A stretch of 64,000 bases of DNA from the NCBI GenBank assembly GCA_040387035.1, contig JAZKEN010000032.1:21-64020 (forward strand), written 5' to 3'. The notes beneath the pieces are model-generated. The model ran no database searches, was not told the origin of the DNA, and saw only the letters and a list, made by a program, of their open reading frames with translations. Both the position numbers and the translations under genes were made by a program. This document shows, in pieces, positions 42,702-52,516 of this stretch. Every line of letters starts with the position of its first letter. The stretch's first letter is position 1. Origin of the DNA: Pseudomonadota bacterium (GTDB lineage Bacteria; Pseudomonadota; Gammaproteobacteria; Burkholderiales; Methylophilaceae).

Positions 42702-43472
42702 TTATTGACCGCTTAATAACAAGCGTGTTTGTTCAGAATTTGGATACTGTTGACGCAATTGTAAAGCGTAACTGGCTTCATTATCTTTACCACCGAGTAA
42801 ACGCTCAATTCTGATTGCTAACCATAATGATTCAGGCGTCGGCGATGCAATAACCACATTCTGCAAGGTAGATTTTGCTGTTTTTATTTCACCGCGCTTG
42901 AACTGGATTTCGGCTAACTGATAGGCCGCTGCGTAAGTAAGCGGCTGTAACTGCAGCGCTTTATTCAAATAAATTTCGGCATTTTTAATATCATTTTTTC
43001 GTGCCGAGCAAATGCCTGCATTAGCGTATGCCATATTGGGCGTAGGATAAAGCGGGTTTTTTACCGCTGCTAAAAAATGAGGGATGGATTCGTCATAACG
43101 CTTTCTAGCGCATAAAAAACTGCCGTAATTGTTATGCGCTTCAGAGCTGTTTGGCTGCACCTGGATCGCCTTCAAAAAACTGGCATCCGCTTTAGCATCT
43201 TCGCCTAGTGCTGCATAAACCAAGCCCAGCCCGTTATAGGCGGGTGAATAAGTGGGGTCGATTTTTACGGCTTCCGAAAACTCGGTTAATGCAATTTCAT
43301 ACTTGTTTTGCTGAAAATAAGCCGCAGCCAGGTCGCTGTGGGCACGTGCACGTTCCATTAAGGCCGATTCACGATAGTTTCCACTGCTATTGTTTTGTGA
43401 TGTCGTCATGCAGGCGGCAAGCACTAGAGCTGTTGATGTGACCAGCATTGTTTTTATTAACCCAACTATCAT
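42702..43472 (-). CDS. pilW: Type IV pilus biogenesis TPR lipoprotein PilW/PilF
   Basis: Lipobox [29 protein letters not shown]. Confidence 0.92.
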   Translation of the reverse strand: MIVGLIKTMLVTSTALVLAACMTTSQNNSSGNYRESALMERARAHSDLAAAYFQQNKYEIALTEFSEAVKIDPTYSPAYNGLGLVYAALGEDAKADASFLKAIQVQPNSSEAHNNYGSFLCARKRYDESIPHFLAAVKNPLYPTPNMAYANAGICSARKNDIKNAEIYLNKALQLQPLTYAAAYQLAEIQFKRGEIKTAKSTLQNVVIASPTPESLWLAIRIERLLGGKDNEASYALQLRQQYPNSEQTRLLLSGQ

Positions 43473-44584
43473 GCAACCGCCTCTATTGGAATACCTTTAA
43501 GTGTACGTTTGGTTTTGTCTAACACCTTGCCAGCCAATTGGCCGCAAGCGGCATCGATATCGTCACCACGCGTTTTACGCACAGTCACCACATAACCTGC
43601 CTGCATTAAAATATCACGGAACACGCGAATATGGCTAGGCTTAGATGTTTCATAGCCGCTTTTAGGGAACGGATTAAACGGGATCAGGTTCAGTTTGCAG
43701 GGCACACTCTTGATCACATCCAGCAATTGATGTGCATGCTCAACCGTGTCATTCACGCCATCCAGCATTACATACTCAAAGGTCACAAAATCACGCGGTG
43801 CTTTTTCCAGGTAACGGTTGCAGGCCGCCATCAACTCTTTAATCGGGTATTTTTTATTGATGGGCACGATCACATCGCGCAATGCATCGTTTGGCGCATG
43901 CAGCGATACGGCCAATGCCACAGGGCAATCCTCTTTCAACCTATCCATTGCCGGCACGATGCCAGAAGTGGAAAGCGTGACGCGGCGGCGGCTTAGGCCA
44001 TAAGCACTGTCATCCAGCATAATCTGCATGGCGGTGACAACGTTGTCATAATTGGTGAGCGGCTCGCCCATGCCCATCATCACCACGTTTGAAATAATAC
44101 GGTCGTTGGCAGACAGCAACTCGTAGCCAGACTCACTGCGTAATGATTTATTGGCAATCGCCAGCTGGCCGATGATTTCCGACACACTTAGATTGCGGTT
44201 AAAACCCTGCGCACCGGTACTGCAAAAGGTGCATGCCAGCGCACAACCCACCTGGCTAGAGATACACAAAGTACCCCTGTCATCTTCCGGGATAAATACA
44301 GTTTCAATACTATTGGCTACGCCGTTTTTGTCGTCCGTGCCGATCAGCCATTTGCGTGTGCCATCGTTAGAAATCTGCTCTAACTGCACATTGGGCAAAG
44401 TGATCTCTGTACTGACTGCCAATTTCTCACGCAGACTTTTCGCGATATCCGTCATCTGCGTAAAATCATGCACGCCAAAATGATGCATCCAGCGCATCAA
44501 TTGCTTGGCGCGAAAAGGCTTCTCACCGATACTGGCAAAGTAATCGGCGAGTTGCGGTTGATTAAAATTTAATAAGTTAATCAA
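43469..44584 (-). CDS. rlmN: Dual-specificity RNA methyltransferase RlmN
   Basis: [27 protein letters not shown]. Confidence 0.98.
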   Translation of the reverse strand: MINLLNFNQPQLADYFASIGEKPFRAKQLMRWMHHFGVHDFTQMTDIAKSLREKLAVSTEITLPNVQLEQISNDGTRKWLIGTDDKNGVANSIETVFIPEDDRGTLCISSQVGCALACTFCSTGAQGFNRNLSVSEIIGQLAIANKSLRSESGYELLSANDRIISNVVMMGMGEPLTNYDNVVTAMQIMLDDSAYGLSRRRVTLSTSGIVPAMDRLKEDCPVALAVSLHAPNDALRDVIVPINKKYPIKELMAACNRYLEKAPRDFVTFEYVMLDGVNDTVEHAHQLLDVIKSVPCKLNLIPFNPFPKSGYETSKPSHIRVFRDILMQAGYVVTVRKTRGDDIDAACGQLAGKVLDKTKRTLKGIPIEAVA

Positions 44585-44644
44585 TTCGTTAAACCTTTTT
44601 CACATTCAAATAATTCAAGCTTCTAATGACGAAGATTGAATTAT

Positions 44645-45049
44645 TTAGCCGAAGAAATATTTAATTTCGATGGCGGCATTCTCCGCAGAATCAGAACCAT
44701 GCACAGCATTTGCATCAATGCTCTCAGCGAAATCTGCACGAATAGTACCGGCAGCCGCTTCTTTAGGATTCGTTGCACCCATTAGGTCACGGTGTTTCAA
44801 TACAGCGTTTTCGCCTTCTAAAGCTTGAATAATCACCGGGCCAGAAATCATGAATTTAACTAAATCGTTAAAAAATGGACGTGCTGCATGTACAGCATAG
44901 AAACCTTCAGCTTCAGCTTTGGTTAGGTGTGTCATTTTTGCTGCCACGATTTTTAAACCGGCGTTTTCAAAACGGGTATAAATTTGACCGATTACGTTTT
45001 TTGCCACTGCGTCTGGTTTGATAATGCTAAGGGTGCGTTCTACTGCCAT
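44645..45049 (-). CDS. ndk: Nucleoside diphosphate kinase; start at MAVERT
   Basis: [17 protein letters not shown]; GGAG ribosome-binding site before the ATG. Confidence 0.98.
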   Translation of the reverse strand: MAVERTLSIIKPDAVAKNVIGQIYTRFENAGLKIVAAKMTHLTKAEAEGFYAVHAARPFFNDLVKFMISGPVIIQALEGENAVLKHRDLMGATNPKEAAAGTIRADFAESIDANAVHGSDSAENAAIEIKYFFG

Positions 45050-45339
45050 TTGAAACTCCAAAAATTAATAATTAAATGAACTACTTAGAAAGGTGCAAAT
45101 TCTAGCATTTTTGCTGCATTTGATAAACCACAAAAAAATAATGTTCACGCGCCGAGTAGACCGATTAACAATTTAAGCCGCTTAATTCATGGCTTAGCGA
45201 TGGTTTGCTCGCTTCGTTGATTCCTACAAAATAATCCGCACCTATCCTATACGCAGATTAGGCCATTATCCTTAACATTTCGTTTCATGCTTAGCTTAAA
45301 AAATGAAATTAAGCTCTTTGCTTAAACGAGGAGAACGAT

Positions 45340-45645
45340 ATGAATACTGTTAATACACCTGCATTTTTTTCATTAAAATCAATGCTATTGGTAGTTGCGA
45401 GTTGCTTTGCCCTGAGCAGCCCGGCTTTTGCTGATGAAGAGTTTTATGGCACAGTGGAAAGTCGCCCAGCCGAAAACCCTGGCATTTGGGTGGTTAGCGG
45501 CCAACCGGTAGAAGTAACCGACAAAACCGAGATTGATAACGATCACGGCCCATTGGTTGTAGGATCATGCGTTGAGGTCGAGCACAAAAAAGGCGTGGTA
45601 AAAGAGATTGAGTCGGCCAAGCCTGCTAAATGTGGCAAAAAATAA
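45340..45645 (+). CDS. Small secreted protein (DUF5666-like OB fold)
   Basis: GAGGAG RBS, signal peptide ending AFA-D, beta-rich domain with two Cys, own terminator. Confidence 0.7.
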   Translation: MNTVNTPAFFSLKSMLLVVASCFALSSPAFADEEFYGTVESRPAENPGIWVVSGQPVEVTDKTEIDNDHGPLVVGSCVEVEHKKGVVKEIESAKPAKCGKK

Positions 45646-45677
45646 TGGCTGGCGTTTAGCTTGCTAAAATTGTTCTA

Positions 45678-45707
45678 ATAAAAAAGAGGCTGCGGCCTCT
45701 TTTTTAT
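45678..45707. terminator. Bidirectional terminator
   Basis: ATAAAAAAGAGGC-tgcg-GCCTCTTTTTTAT between convergent genes. Confidence 0.85.
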
Positions 45708-45732
45708 CGTGCATTCATTGCTAAGCTAACGA

Positions 45733-46170
45733 TCAAGAACCGTCTTTACTTAAATCAAAGATATGCACCGATAGCGAAATCTCGCGCAAAAAACAACCCA
45801 GGCCGATAATTAAACTGGTCATGGTCACAATAAACAAAATTGAGACGATATTGGATGGGTTGATATTGCCTACCGCGCCTACAAATAAGGCGCCTATCAC
45901 TAGCGAAACAAATAAGGCAGATGCGGTGCATAGCGTAATCGCCCAATGCACCCACACGGCACGTACAGACAAAACAGCCAGTTCACGCGATTGTTTCGGC
46001 GTTAAGTTTGTGCGGGTTTCTGTTAAGACCCGGTAGCGATCAACCAAACGCCCCAACCTGCCTGTGAGTACGCTTAAAATAGCGCCAACCCCTGTCAGCA
46101 AAAACACGGGGGCCACGGCAAGCTGAATCACATGGGCGACATTGGTTAAGTTTTCGGCGACAATTTGCAT
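45733..46170 (-). CDS. DUF2721 family membrane protein
   Basis: IQLAVAPVFLLTGVG..RLGRLVDR.R, three TM helices, FLREI. Confidence 0.8.
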   Translation of the reverse strand: MQIVAENLTNVAHVIQLAVAPVFLLTGVGAILSVLTGRLGRLVDRYRVLTETRTNLTPKQSRELAVLSVRAVWVHWAITLCTASALFVSLVIGALFVGAVGNINPSNIVSILFIVTMTSLIIGLGCFLREISLSVHIFDLSKDGS

Positions 46171-46285
46171 ATTTGCTACTTAGTTATAAAGTCAATTCAT
46201 TCTAACTTGGCGCATAAAAAGTTTAAAGGCAAAAGTTTAAGGCAAAGTAAAAAGCCATCAAATCATCAGCATGAATTGAGCTAAA

Positions 46286-47554
46286 TTGTGGCAAAATCTC
46301 AGGATGGAAATTTTGCTACCTCATACATCAGACAATTTGAACACGATTACAGCCATTTGCCCCGCTTGCGGGCTATTGTGCGACGATGTGAAAGTTGAAA
46401 TTGAGAGCAATCACAGTAAAGTAGTAGCCAATAGCTGTGCTAAAAGTATCCGTTTTTTTGAGCAGGCGTTTACTGTATCTTCACCACAAATCAATGGCAA
46501 AGCGGTTAGCCTGCAGCAGGCAATTGCGTATGCTACTGAATTATTAAAAGTCAGCAAAAATCCTTTGTTTGCAGGCTTAAGTACCGACGTACAAGGCTTT
46601 CGTGCTATTTACAATCTAGCGCAAAAAACAAAGGGCAGCTTACAGCATATGAATAGCCAAAGCATGGCGCGCAATATGGCCGTCTTGCAAAGTACCGGTT
46701 GGCAAACCACCACGCTGACCGAAGTGAAGAACCGCGCCGATGTGATTGTATACATTGGCACCGATATCGTGTCGCACAACACGCGATTTTTTGAGCGTTT
46801 TGTATGGCTGAACGGCCAAAATTCTGACGCCATGTTTACTGGCGCGCATGCGCGTCAAATGATTTATATCGGTGAAGATTTAAATATCAAAGCTGGCGTT
46901 TCGCCTGACGGCAGGCAACCGACTTCAATCAATTGCAGCCAGTCTGACTTGCCTGAAGTATTGACTGTATTGCGTGCTTTAATCGCCGGTAAGAAGCTTA
47001 AAGCGCAAACGGTAGCAGGTATTAGCATTGGCGATTTAATCGCAGTAGCCGACACATTAAAACAGGCCCAATATGCTGTACTGGCCTGGATTGCAAAAGA
47101 TTTGGATTTTGCACATGCCGAATTGACGATACAAAGCATCACCGAAACAGTGGCTCTATTAAACAACCAAGACCATAATCAAGCTGGGCGCGCGGCGGGC
47201 CTATCATTGGGCGGCAGCGATGGTGACACCTCAGCTAACAATGCCAATACCTGGTTAAGTGGCTACAGTTTAAACAATACCAAAACTGATTACGATACCC
47301 TGGTTCTGGTGAACAGCTTTAGCCCGGAAAAGTTACCCCAGAAAACAGATAAGCCATTGATTGTACTAGGCAATGCCAATACACAATTTGCACAAATCCC
47401 TGATGTATTTATCCCCATCGCGACACCTGGCTTGGATTGTGGCGGTACTTTATTCAGGGTGGATTCGGCGGTGGTTTTGCCGCTGAAAAAAGTACGTGAG
47501 AATGATTTGCCTAAGTTAGATGATGTTGTGCGCCAAATTGAGGTTTTGCTGTAG
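46286..47554 (+). CDS. fhcB: Formyltransferase/hydrolase complex subunit B
   Basis: CPACGLLCDD, TLTEVKNRAD, FRVD..VLPL; first gene of the fhc operon; start uncertain (ATG at 46304 possible). Confidence 0.9.
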   Translation: MWQNLRMEILLPHTSDNLNTITAICPACGLLCDDVKVEIESNHSKVVANSCAKSIRFFEQAFTVSSPQINGKAVSLQQAIAYATELLKVSKNPLFAGLSTDVQGFRAIYNLAQKTKGSLQHMNSQSMARNMAVLQSTGWQTTTLTEVKNRADVIVYIGTDIVSHNTRFFERFVWLNGQNSDAMFTGAHARQMIYIGEDLNIKAGVSPDGRQPTSINCSQSDLPEVLTVLRALIAGKKLKAQTVAGISIGDLIAVADTLKQAQYAVLAWIAKDLDFAHAELTIQSITETVALLNNQDHNQAGRAAGLSLGGSDGDTSANNANTWLSGYSLNNTKTDYDTLVLVNSFSPEKLPQKTDKPLIVLGNANTQFAQIPDVFIPIATPGLDCGGTLFRVDSAVVLPLKKVRENDLPKLDDVVRQIEVLL

Positions 47555-49221
47555 TGATTACGCATTTAAAAAACGGCAGGATCTACTGCCCGGTAATGGG
47601 CGCAGATGGCGTTGTGCAGGATATTTATATCCGTGATGGCAAGATCATTGCCAAGCCAAATGCATCGGAGAAAATCAGCCAAACTTATGATTTAACAGGG
47701 AAAATTGTGATGGCTGGCGCAATCGACATGCACAGCCATATCGGTGGCGGCAAGGTGAATATCGCGCGCATGATGCTGCCAGAGTTTCAGGAAACCAAGC
47801 GCTATAGCGAGCCTGAGGCGCATGCCTGCACATCCAATTGCAGCCATAACGCTACGCCCAATACCAGCGATACGGGTTTCAGGTATATCGAAATGGGTTA
47901 TACGGCGGCTTTTGAGCCAGCGATTCTACCCATCAATGCCCGCCAGGCGCATCTGGAAATGGCCGATACGCCAATGATAGACAAAGGCGGTTACGCCATG
48001 CTGGGCAATGACGACTACTTTTTGCGGCTGCTAAGCAACAATGCCGACCAAAAAGCGATCAATGACTACGTTGCCTGGACATTGCATGCCACACAAGCGA
48101 TTGGTATTAAAGTAGTAAACCCAGGCGGCATTTCGGCATTTAAATTCAACCAGCGCCGCCTGAACCTGGATGAAAACCATCGCTACTACCAGGTTTCGCC
48201 GCGTCAAATCCTGAAAAGCTTAAGCACGGCGGTGCAGCAGCTTGGCATTGCCAAGCCCTTGCATGTGCATTGCAACAACCTGGGCGCAGCCGGCAATTTT
48301 GAAACCACGTTAAATACAATGGGCGCATCTGATGGCGTACCTATACATTTAACGCATATCCAGTTTCATAGCTACGGCACAGAAGGTGATAAAAAATTCT
48401 CATCTGCGGCGGCGCAAATCTCTGAAGCCTTGAATAAAAATAAACATATCACCGCCGATGTCGGGCAGATACTGTTCGGCCAAACTGTTACGGCGTCTGG
48501 TGACAGCATGATGCAGCATTTAAACGCCAGGCATGCCAATCCTAAAAAATCGGTGATTATGGATATTGAATGCGATGCCGGCTGCGGCGTAGTGCCATTT
48601 AAATACAGGGACGAAAATTATGTGAATGCGCTGCAATGGGCGATCGGCCTGGAGATTTTCCTTTCAGTTGAAGATCCATGGCGAATCTTCCTGACCACCG
48701 ACCATCCAAATGGTGCGCCATTCACCAGCTATCCGCATTTGATTCGCTTGCTGATGGATAAAAGCTTCAGGAACGAAGCGTTTTCCAAACTCAATCTGGA
48801 TGCGCAAGCCATGAGCAACTTAATCGGCCTTGATCGCGAATATAGCCTGTATGAAATCGCCATCATGACGCGTGCAGGCGCAGCTAAACTAATCGGCTTA
48901 AATGAACGTGGTCATTTAGGGGCAGGCGCTGCGGCAGATATTACGATTTACACAGACCAGCCTGACCGTGAAGCTATGTTTGCCAAGCCGGATTACGTGT
49001 TTAAAGATGGCGAACTGGCGGTTAAAAACGGTATCGTCGTAAAAGTGGTCTGGGGTAAAACCCATACCGCCAAGCCGGCATTTGATATGGGTGTAGAAAA
49101 AAATCTAAAAGATTATTTTGATAAATACCATACCATTCAATTAGATAACTTCAAGATTTCGAATGATGAAATCGCCGAAGATGGCCGTGGTGGCGTGATT
49201 ACGCATACCCAAAACAGGTAG
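47554..49221 (+). CDS. fhcA: Formyltransferase/hydrolase complex subunit A (amidohydrolase)
   Basis: IDMHSHIGGGK, KVVNPGG, HVHCNNLG, HIQFHSYG, TTDHPNG. Confidence 0.96.
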   Translation: MITHLKNGRIYCPVMGADGVVQDIYIRDGKIIAKPNASEKISQTYDLTGKIVMAGAIDMHSHIGGGKVNIARMMLPEFQETKRYSEPEAHACTSNCSHNATPNTSDTGFRYIEMGYTAAFEPAILPINARQAHLEMADTPMIDKGGYAMLGNDDYFLRLLSNNADQKAINDYVAWTLHATQAIGIKVVNPGGISAFKFNQRRLNLDENHRYYQVSPRQILKSLSTAVQQLGIAKPLHVHCNNLGAAGNFETTLNTMGASDGVPIHLTHIQFHSYGTEGDKKFSSAAAQISEALNKNKHITADVGQILFGQTVTASGDSMMQHLNARHANPKKSVIMDIECDAGCGVVPFKYRDENYVNALQWAIGLEIFLSVEDPWRIFLTTDHPNGAPFTSYPHLIRLLMDKSFRNEAFSKLNLDAQAMSNLIGLDREYSLYEIAIMTRAGAAKLIGLNERGHLGAGAAADITIYTDQPDREAMFAKPDYVFKDGELAVKNGIVVKVVWGKTHTAKPAFDMGVEKNLKDYFDKYHTIQLDNFKISNDEIAEDGRGGVITHTQNR

Positions 49222-49245
49222 TGTCTTTTTTTAAGGGAGTGATGC

Positions 49246-49905
49246 ATGAGTAGACTATACGGAGCACAGCACCGCAAATTGCAGGACGAATTTGGTACGC
49301 GCAAAATGGCGGACCGCGTGGAAGAGCTGGTTTGCAAGACCGAATTCGACGATGGTGCAAAAGGCTTTATTGAAAGCGTCGAAATGTTCTACTTGTCGTC
49401 GATTGACCACCAAGGCCGCCCTACCGTATCTTACAAAGGTGGCGATGCTGGCTTTGTCAAAGTGCTGGATAGCACAACGCTGATATTCCCCAGCTATGAT
49501 GGCAATGGCATGTTTTTTTCAATCGGCAATATCAGCACCAACCCTCAGGTGGGCTTGCTGTTTATCTCATTTGAAACGCCCAATCGCCTGCGTGTGCAGG
49601 GCACGGCTACTCTGTCACAAGACCCGGCCTTGCTTGCGCATTACACGGAAGCCGAATTTGTGGTCACCGTCACCTTGTCTGAGTTATGGCAAAACTGCCC
49701 GCGTTATATTCCCAAATATGAAAAAGTGAGAAGTTCAAGATACGTTCCGCGCGCGCATTGCGAAACGCCATTGGCCGGCTGGAAACAGCTAGATTTGGTG
49801 CAGGACGTGATTTCGGCTAGCGATGCACAAAAAGCCGCTAAAGCAGGCGTGATCGATATCGAAACCTGGGTGGGCAAAATCGTGTCTGCGGACGAAACCG
49901 CTTAA
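49246..49905 (+). CDS. Pyridoxamine 5'-phosphate oxidase-like FMN-binding protein
   Basis: PTVSYKGG..GFV, YDGNG, GNI..NPQVGLLF, RLRVQG, NCPRYI. Confidence 0.82.
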   Translation: MSRLYGAQHRKLQDEFGTRKMADRVEELVCKTEFDDGAKGFIESVEMFYLSSIDHQGRPTVSYKGGDAGFVKVLDSTTLIFPSYDGNGMFFSIGNISTNPQVGLLFISFETPNRLRVQGTATLSQDPALLAHYTEAEFVVTVTLSELWQNCPRYIPKYEKVRSSRYVPRAHCETPLAGWKQLDLVQDVISASDAQKAAKAGVIDIETWVGKIVSADETA

Positions 49906-49923
49906 TTTTGATTCAAAGTATAT

Positions 49924-50838
49924 ATGCAAATTAACGGTATTACGATTGATGACACCTTTGCCGAAGCATTCAATATGCGTGGTACGCGCGTCATCATCAC
50001 CGCCCAAAACCATAAATGGGCTTACCACGCCGCCAACGCCATGACAGGCTTCGCCACCAGTGTCATCGGTTGCGGCGTTGAGGCAGGCATTGAGCGTGAG
50101 TTATCCAGCGAAGAAACGCCCGATGGCAGGCCGGGCGTGAGCATCCTGATGTTCGCGATGGGCAGCAAAGTGCTGATGCAGCAGCTGGAAACGCGCATGG
50201 GACAATGTATTCTGACCTGCCCTACCGCATCCGCGTTTGCTGGCATTGACGCAGGTATTGAAGTAGACCAGATCAGCCTGGGCAGGCATTTGCGCTATTT
50301 TGGTGATGGCTACCAAACTTCTAAACTCATAGCGGGCAAACGTTACTGGCGCATCCCGGTGATGGACGGTGAGTTCCTGACCCAGGAAACCACCGGCATG
50401 GTGCGCGCGATCGGTGGTGGCAATTTTTTGATTTTGGCCACCTCACAGCCTGCCGCTTTACATGCCGCAGAAACCGCGATTGAAGCCATGAAACAAGTAT
50501 CCAACGTCATCATGCCTTTCCCTGGCGGTGTAGTGCGCTCTGGCTCTAAAGTGGGCAGCAAATATCCCAAAATGTTCGCTTCAACTAACGACGCGTTTTG
50601 CCCTACCTTAAAGGGTTTAGTGAATACAGAGTTGAGCGATGATATTGAAAGCGTGATGGAAATCGTCATTGACGGGCTGACTTTTGAAGATATCGCAGAG
50701 TCCATGCGCGTTGGTATCCAGGCGATTTGTGACTTGGGCAAACAAAGTGGCGTGAAGCGTATATCAGCCGGTAATTATGGCGGCAAGCTAGGGCCGCATC
50801 ATTTTAAACTGCATGAGATCATGGGTGCCGCATCATGA
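49924..50838 (+). CDS. fhcD: Formylmethanofuran--H4MPT formyltransferase
   Basis: IDDTFAEAF, GFATSVIGC, TPDGRPG, GGVVRSGSK, SAGNYGGKLG. Confidence 0.97.
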   Translation: MQINGITIDDTFAEAFNMRGTRVIITAQNHKWAYHAANAMTGFATSVIGCGVEAGIERELSSEETPDGRPGVSILMFAMGSKVLMQQLETRMGQCILTCPTASAFAGIDAGIEVDQISLGRHLRYFGDGYQTSKLIAGKRYWRIPVMDGEFLTQETTGMVRAIGGGNFLILATSQPAALHAAETAIEAMKQVSNVIMPFPGGVVRSGSKVGSKYPKMFASTNDAFCPTLKGLVNTELSDDIESVMEIVIDGLTFEDIAESMRVGIQAICDLGKQSGVKRISAGNYGGKLGPHHFKLHEIMGAAS

Positions 50839-51521
50839 GTGCGCTTAGCTTTACCCTTAAACCCAATCTGTCTCAGCAGATTGATTGCCGCCTGTTAACG
50901 CCTAATCATTTAGCCGGTCTATCGAATCCAGAAATTCAAAATCTAAGCCTGCTGAATACTAAAAACTCTCCCAAAGTCGGCGATTATTTTGTTGTTGCGG
51001 GCGATGATGCCAATCAGATTGTGTTCAAAAACTCCAGCCGGCAATTGGATTATATTGGCCATCAAATGTCGCGCGGGCAAATCAAGGTAGAAAATGATTG
51101 CGGTGATTTTTTAGGTAACCAGATGCGTGGCGGCAGCATTATTTGCCATGGAAATGCCAATGACCGTGTTGGCGACCAGATGCGTCGCGGCTTGATACTG
51201 GTTGATGGCAACGCTGGTGAATATTGTGGCAGCCGTATGATTGCTGGTACGATTGGTGTTTATGGCGATATTGACCGCTATGTGGCTTTTGCCATGAAGC
51301 GCGGCACCATCTTACTTACCCGAACACCCACGCTGCATGCCACCATTCAAGATTGCGGCATGCATACTCTGCCATTTTTAGCGTTGCTGTTTCAATCGTT
51401 CAAAACAGTTCCAAGCGCTTTTAACAGCATCAAAAGCCTGCGCGTACAGCGTTATGCCGGCGATTTGGCCTGCAACGGCAATGGTGAAATCCTGATTTGC
51501 CAAACAGATATTTCAGCTTGA
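50835..51521 (+). CDS. fhcC: Formyltransferase/hydrolase complex subunit C
   Basis: GxxMxxG beta-helix repeats (GNQMRGG, GDQMRRG, GSRMIAG). Confidence 0.94.
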   Translation: MSALSFTLKPNLSQQIDCRLLTPNHLAGLSNPEIQNLSLLNTKNSPKVGDYFVVAGDDANQIVFKNSSRQLDYIGHQMSRGQIKVENDCGDFLGNQMRGGSIICHGNANDRVGDQMRRGLILVDGNAGEYCGSRMIAGTIGVYGDIDRYVAFAMKRGTILLTRTPTLHATIQDCGMHTLPFLALLFQSFKTVPSAFNSIKSLRVQRYAGDLACNGNGEILICQTDISA

Positions 51522-51568
51522 TTATGGACGGTGTTAAAATAGCGCTTTAGTATTTTTAAGCACTGACC

Positions 51569-52501
51569 ATGAAGTTTCTAACCACCGCGCTGTATAAATT
51601 CGTTAGCTTGCCCAATTACGCAGACTTGCAAGCGCCCATCCTTGCCGCCTGCGAAGCGCATCACATCAAAGGGACGATTTTACTGGCTTCTGAAGGCATC
51701 AACGGCACCATTGCCGGCTTGCCGGATGATATCAACGCCGTGCTGCAGTTTTTGCGCACGGATGCCGCCTTTGCAGGCAAATTCTCTGACCTCGAACATA
51801 AAGAGTCCTATGCGGATGAACACCCGTTCTACCGCATGAAAGTGAAACTGAAAAAAGAAATCGTGACACTAGGTGTGCCGGGCGTTAGCCCTACCAAACA
51901 GGTGGGAACCTACGTGCAGCCACAGGATTGGAATGCACTGATCTCAGACCCTGATGTGATTTTGATCGATACGCGAAACGACTATGAAGTGGATATCGGC
52001 ACCTTTAAGGGTGCGATCGACCCCAGAACCACGACCTTCCGCGAGTTTCCGGAATATGTGGCCAAAAACCTGGATAAAACCAAGCATAAAAAAGTCGCCA
52101 TGTTCTGCACCGGTGGAATCCGCTGCGAAAAAGCCAGTAGTTATATGATGGATCAAGGCTTTGAAGAGGTGTATCACCTGCAAGGCGGTATTCTGAAATA
52201 CCTGGAAACCGTGCCGGAAGCGCAAAGCCTGTGGCAAGGCGAATGCTTTGTGTTTGACCAGCGCGTAGCGGTTAAGCACAACCTGGAAGTGGGCGAATTC
52301 GACCAGTGCTATGCCTGCCGCCATCCCCTGTCACCCGCTGAAATGCAAAGCGAGCAGTACACACCGGGTATTTCGTGTCCTTACTGCTACAACACGATAT
52401 CGGAAGAAAAACGCGCCAGCCTGACTGAAAGACAGAAGCAAGTGATTCTAGCCAAGAAACGTGGCGAAGCGCATATCGGGGAAAAGCAGAAAATTAAATA
52501 A
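51569..52501 (+). CDS. trhO: Oxygen-dependent tRNA U34 hydroxylase (YceA, rhodanese domain)
   Basis: [38 protein letters not shown]. Confidence 0.94.
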   Translation: MKFLTTALYKFVSLPNYADLQAPILAACEAHHIKGTILLASEGINGTIAGLPDDINAVLQFLRTDAAFAGKFSDLEHKESYADEHPFYRMKVKLKKEIVTLGVPGVSPTKQVGTYVQPQDWNALISDPDVILIDTRNDYEVDIGTFKGAIDPRTTTFREFPEYVAKNLDKTKHKKVAMFCTGGIRCEKASSYMMDQGFEEVYHLQGGILKYLETVPEAQSLWQGECFVFDQRVAVKHNLEVGEFDQCYACRHPLSPAEMQSEQYTPGISCPYCYNTISEEKRASLTERQKQVILAKKRGEAHIGEKQKIK

Positions 52502-52516
52502 GCCTACTTTGTGAGC

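Noticed and set aside
46286-51521. Active Mo/W formylmethanofuran dehydrogenase or a selenoprotein
   Set aside because: Catalytic Cys/Sec position is Thr, there is no in-frame TGA and no FwdD or polyferredoxin genes; this is the Fhc hydrolase type.
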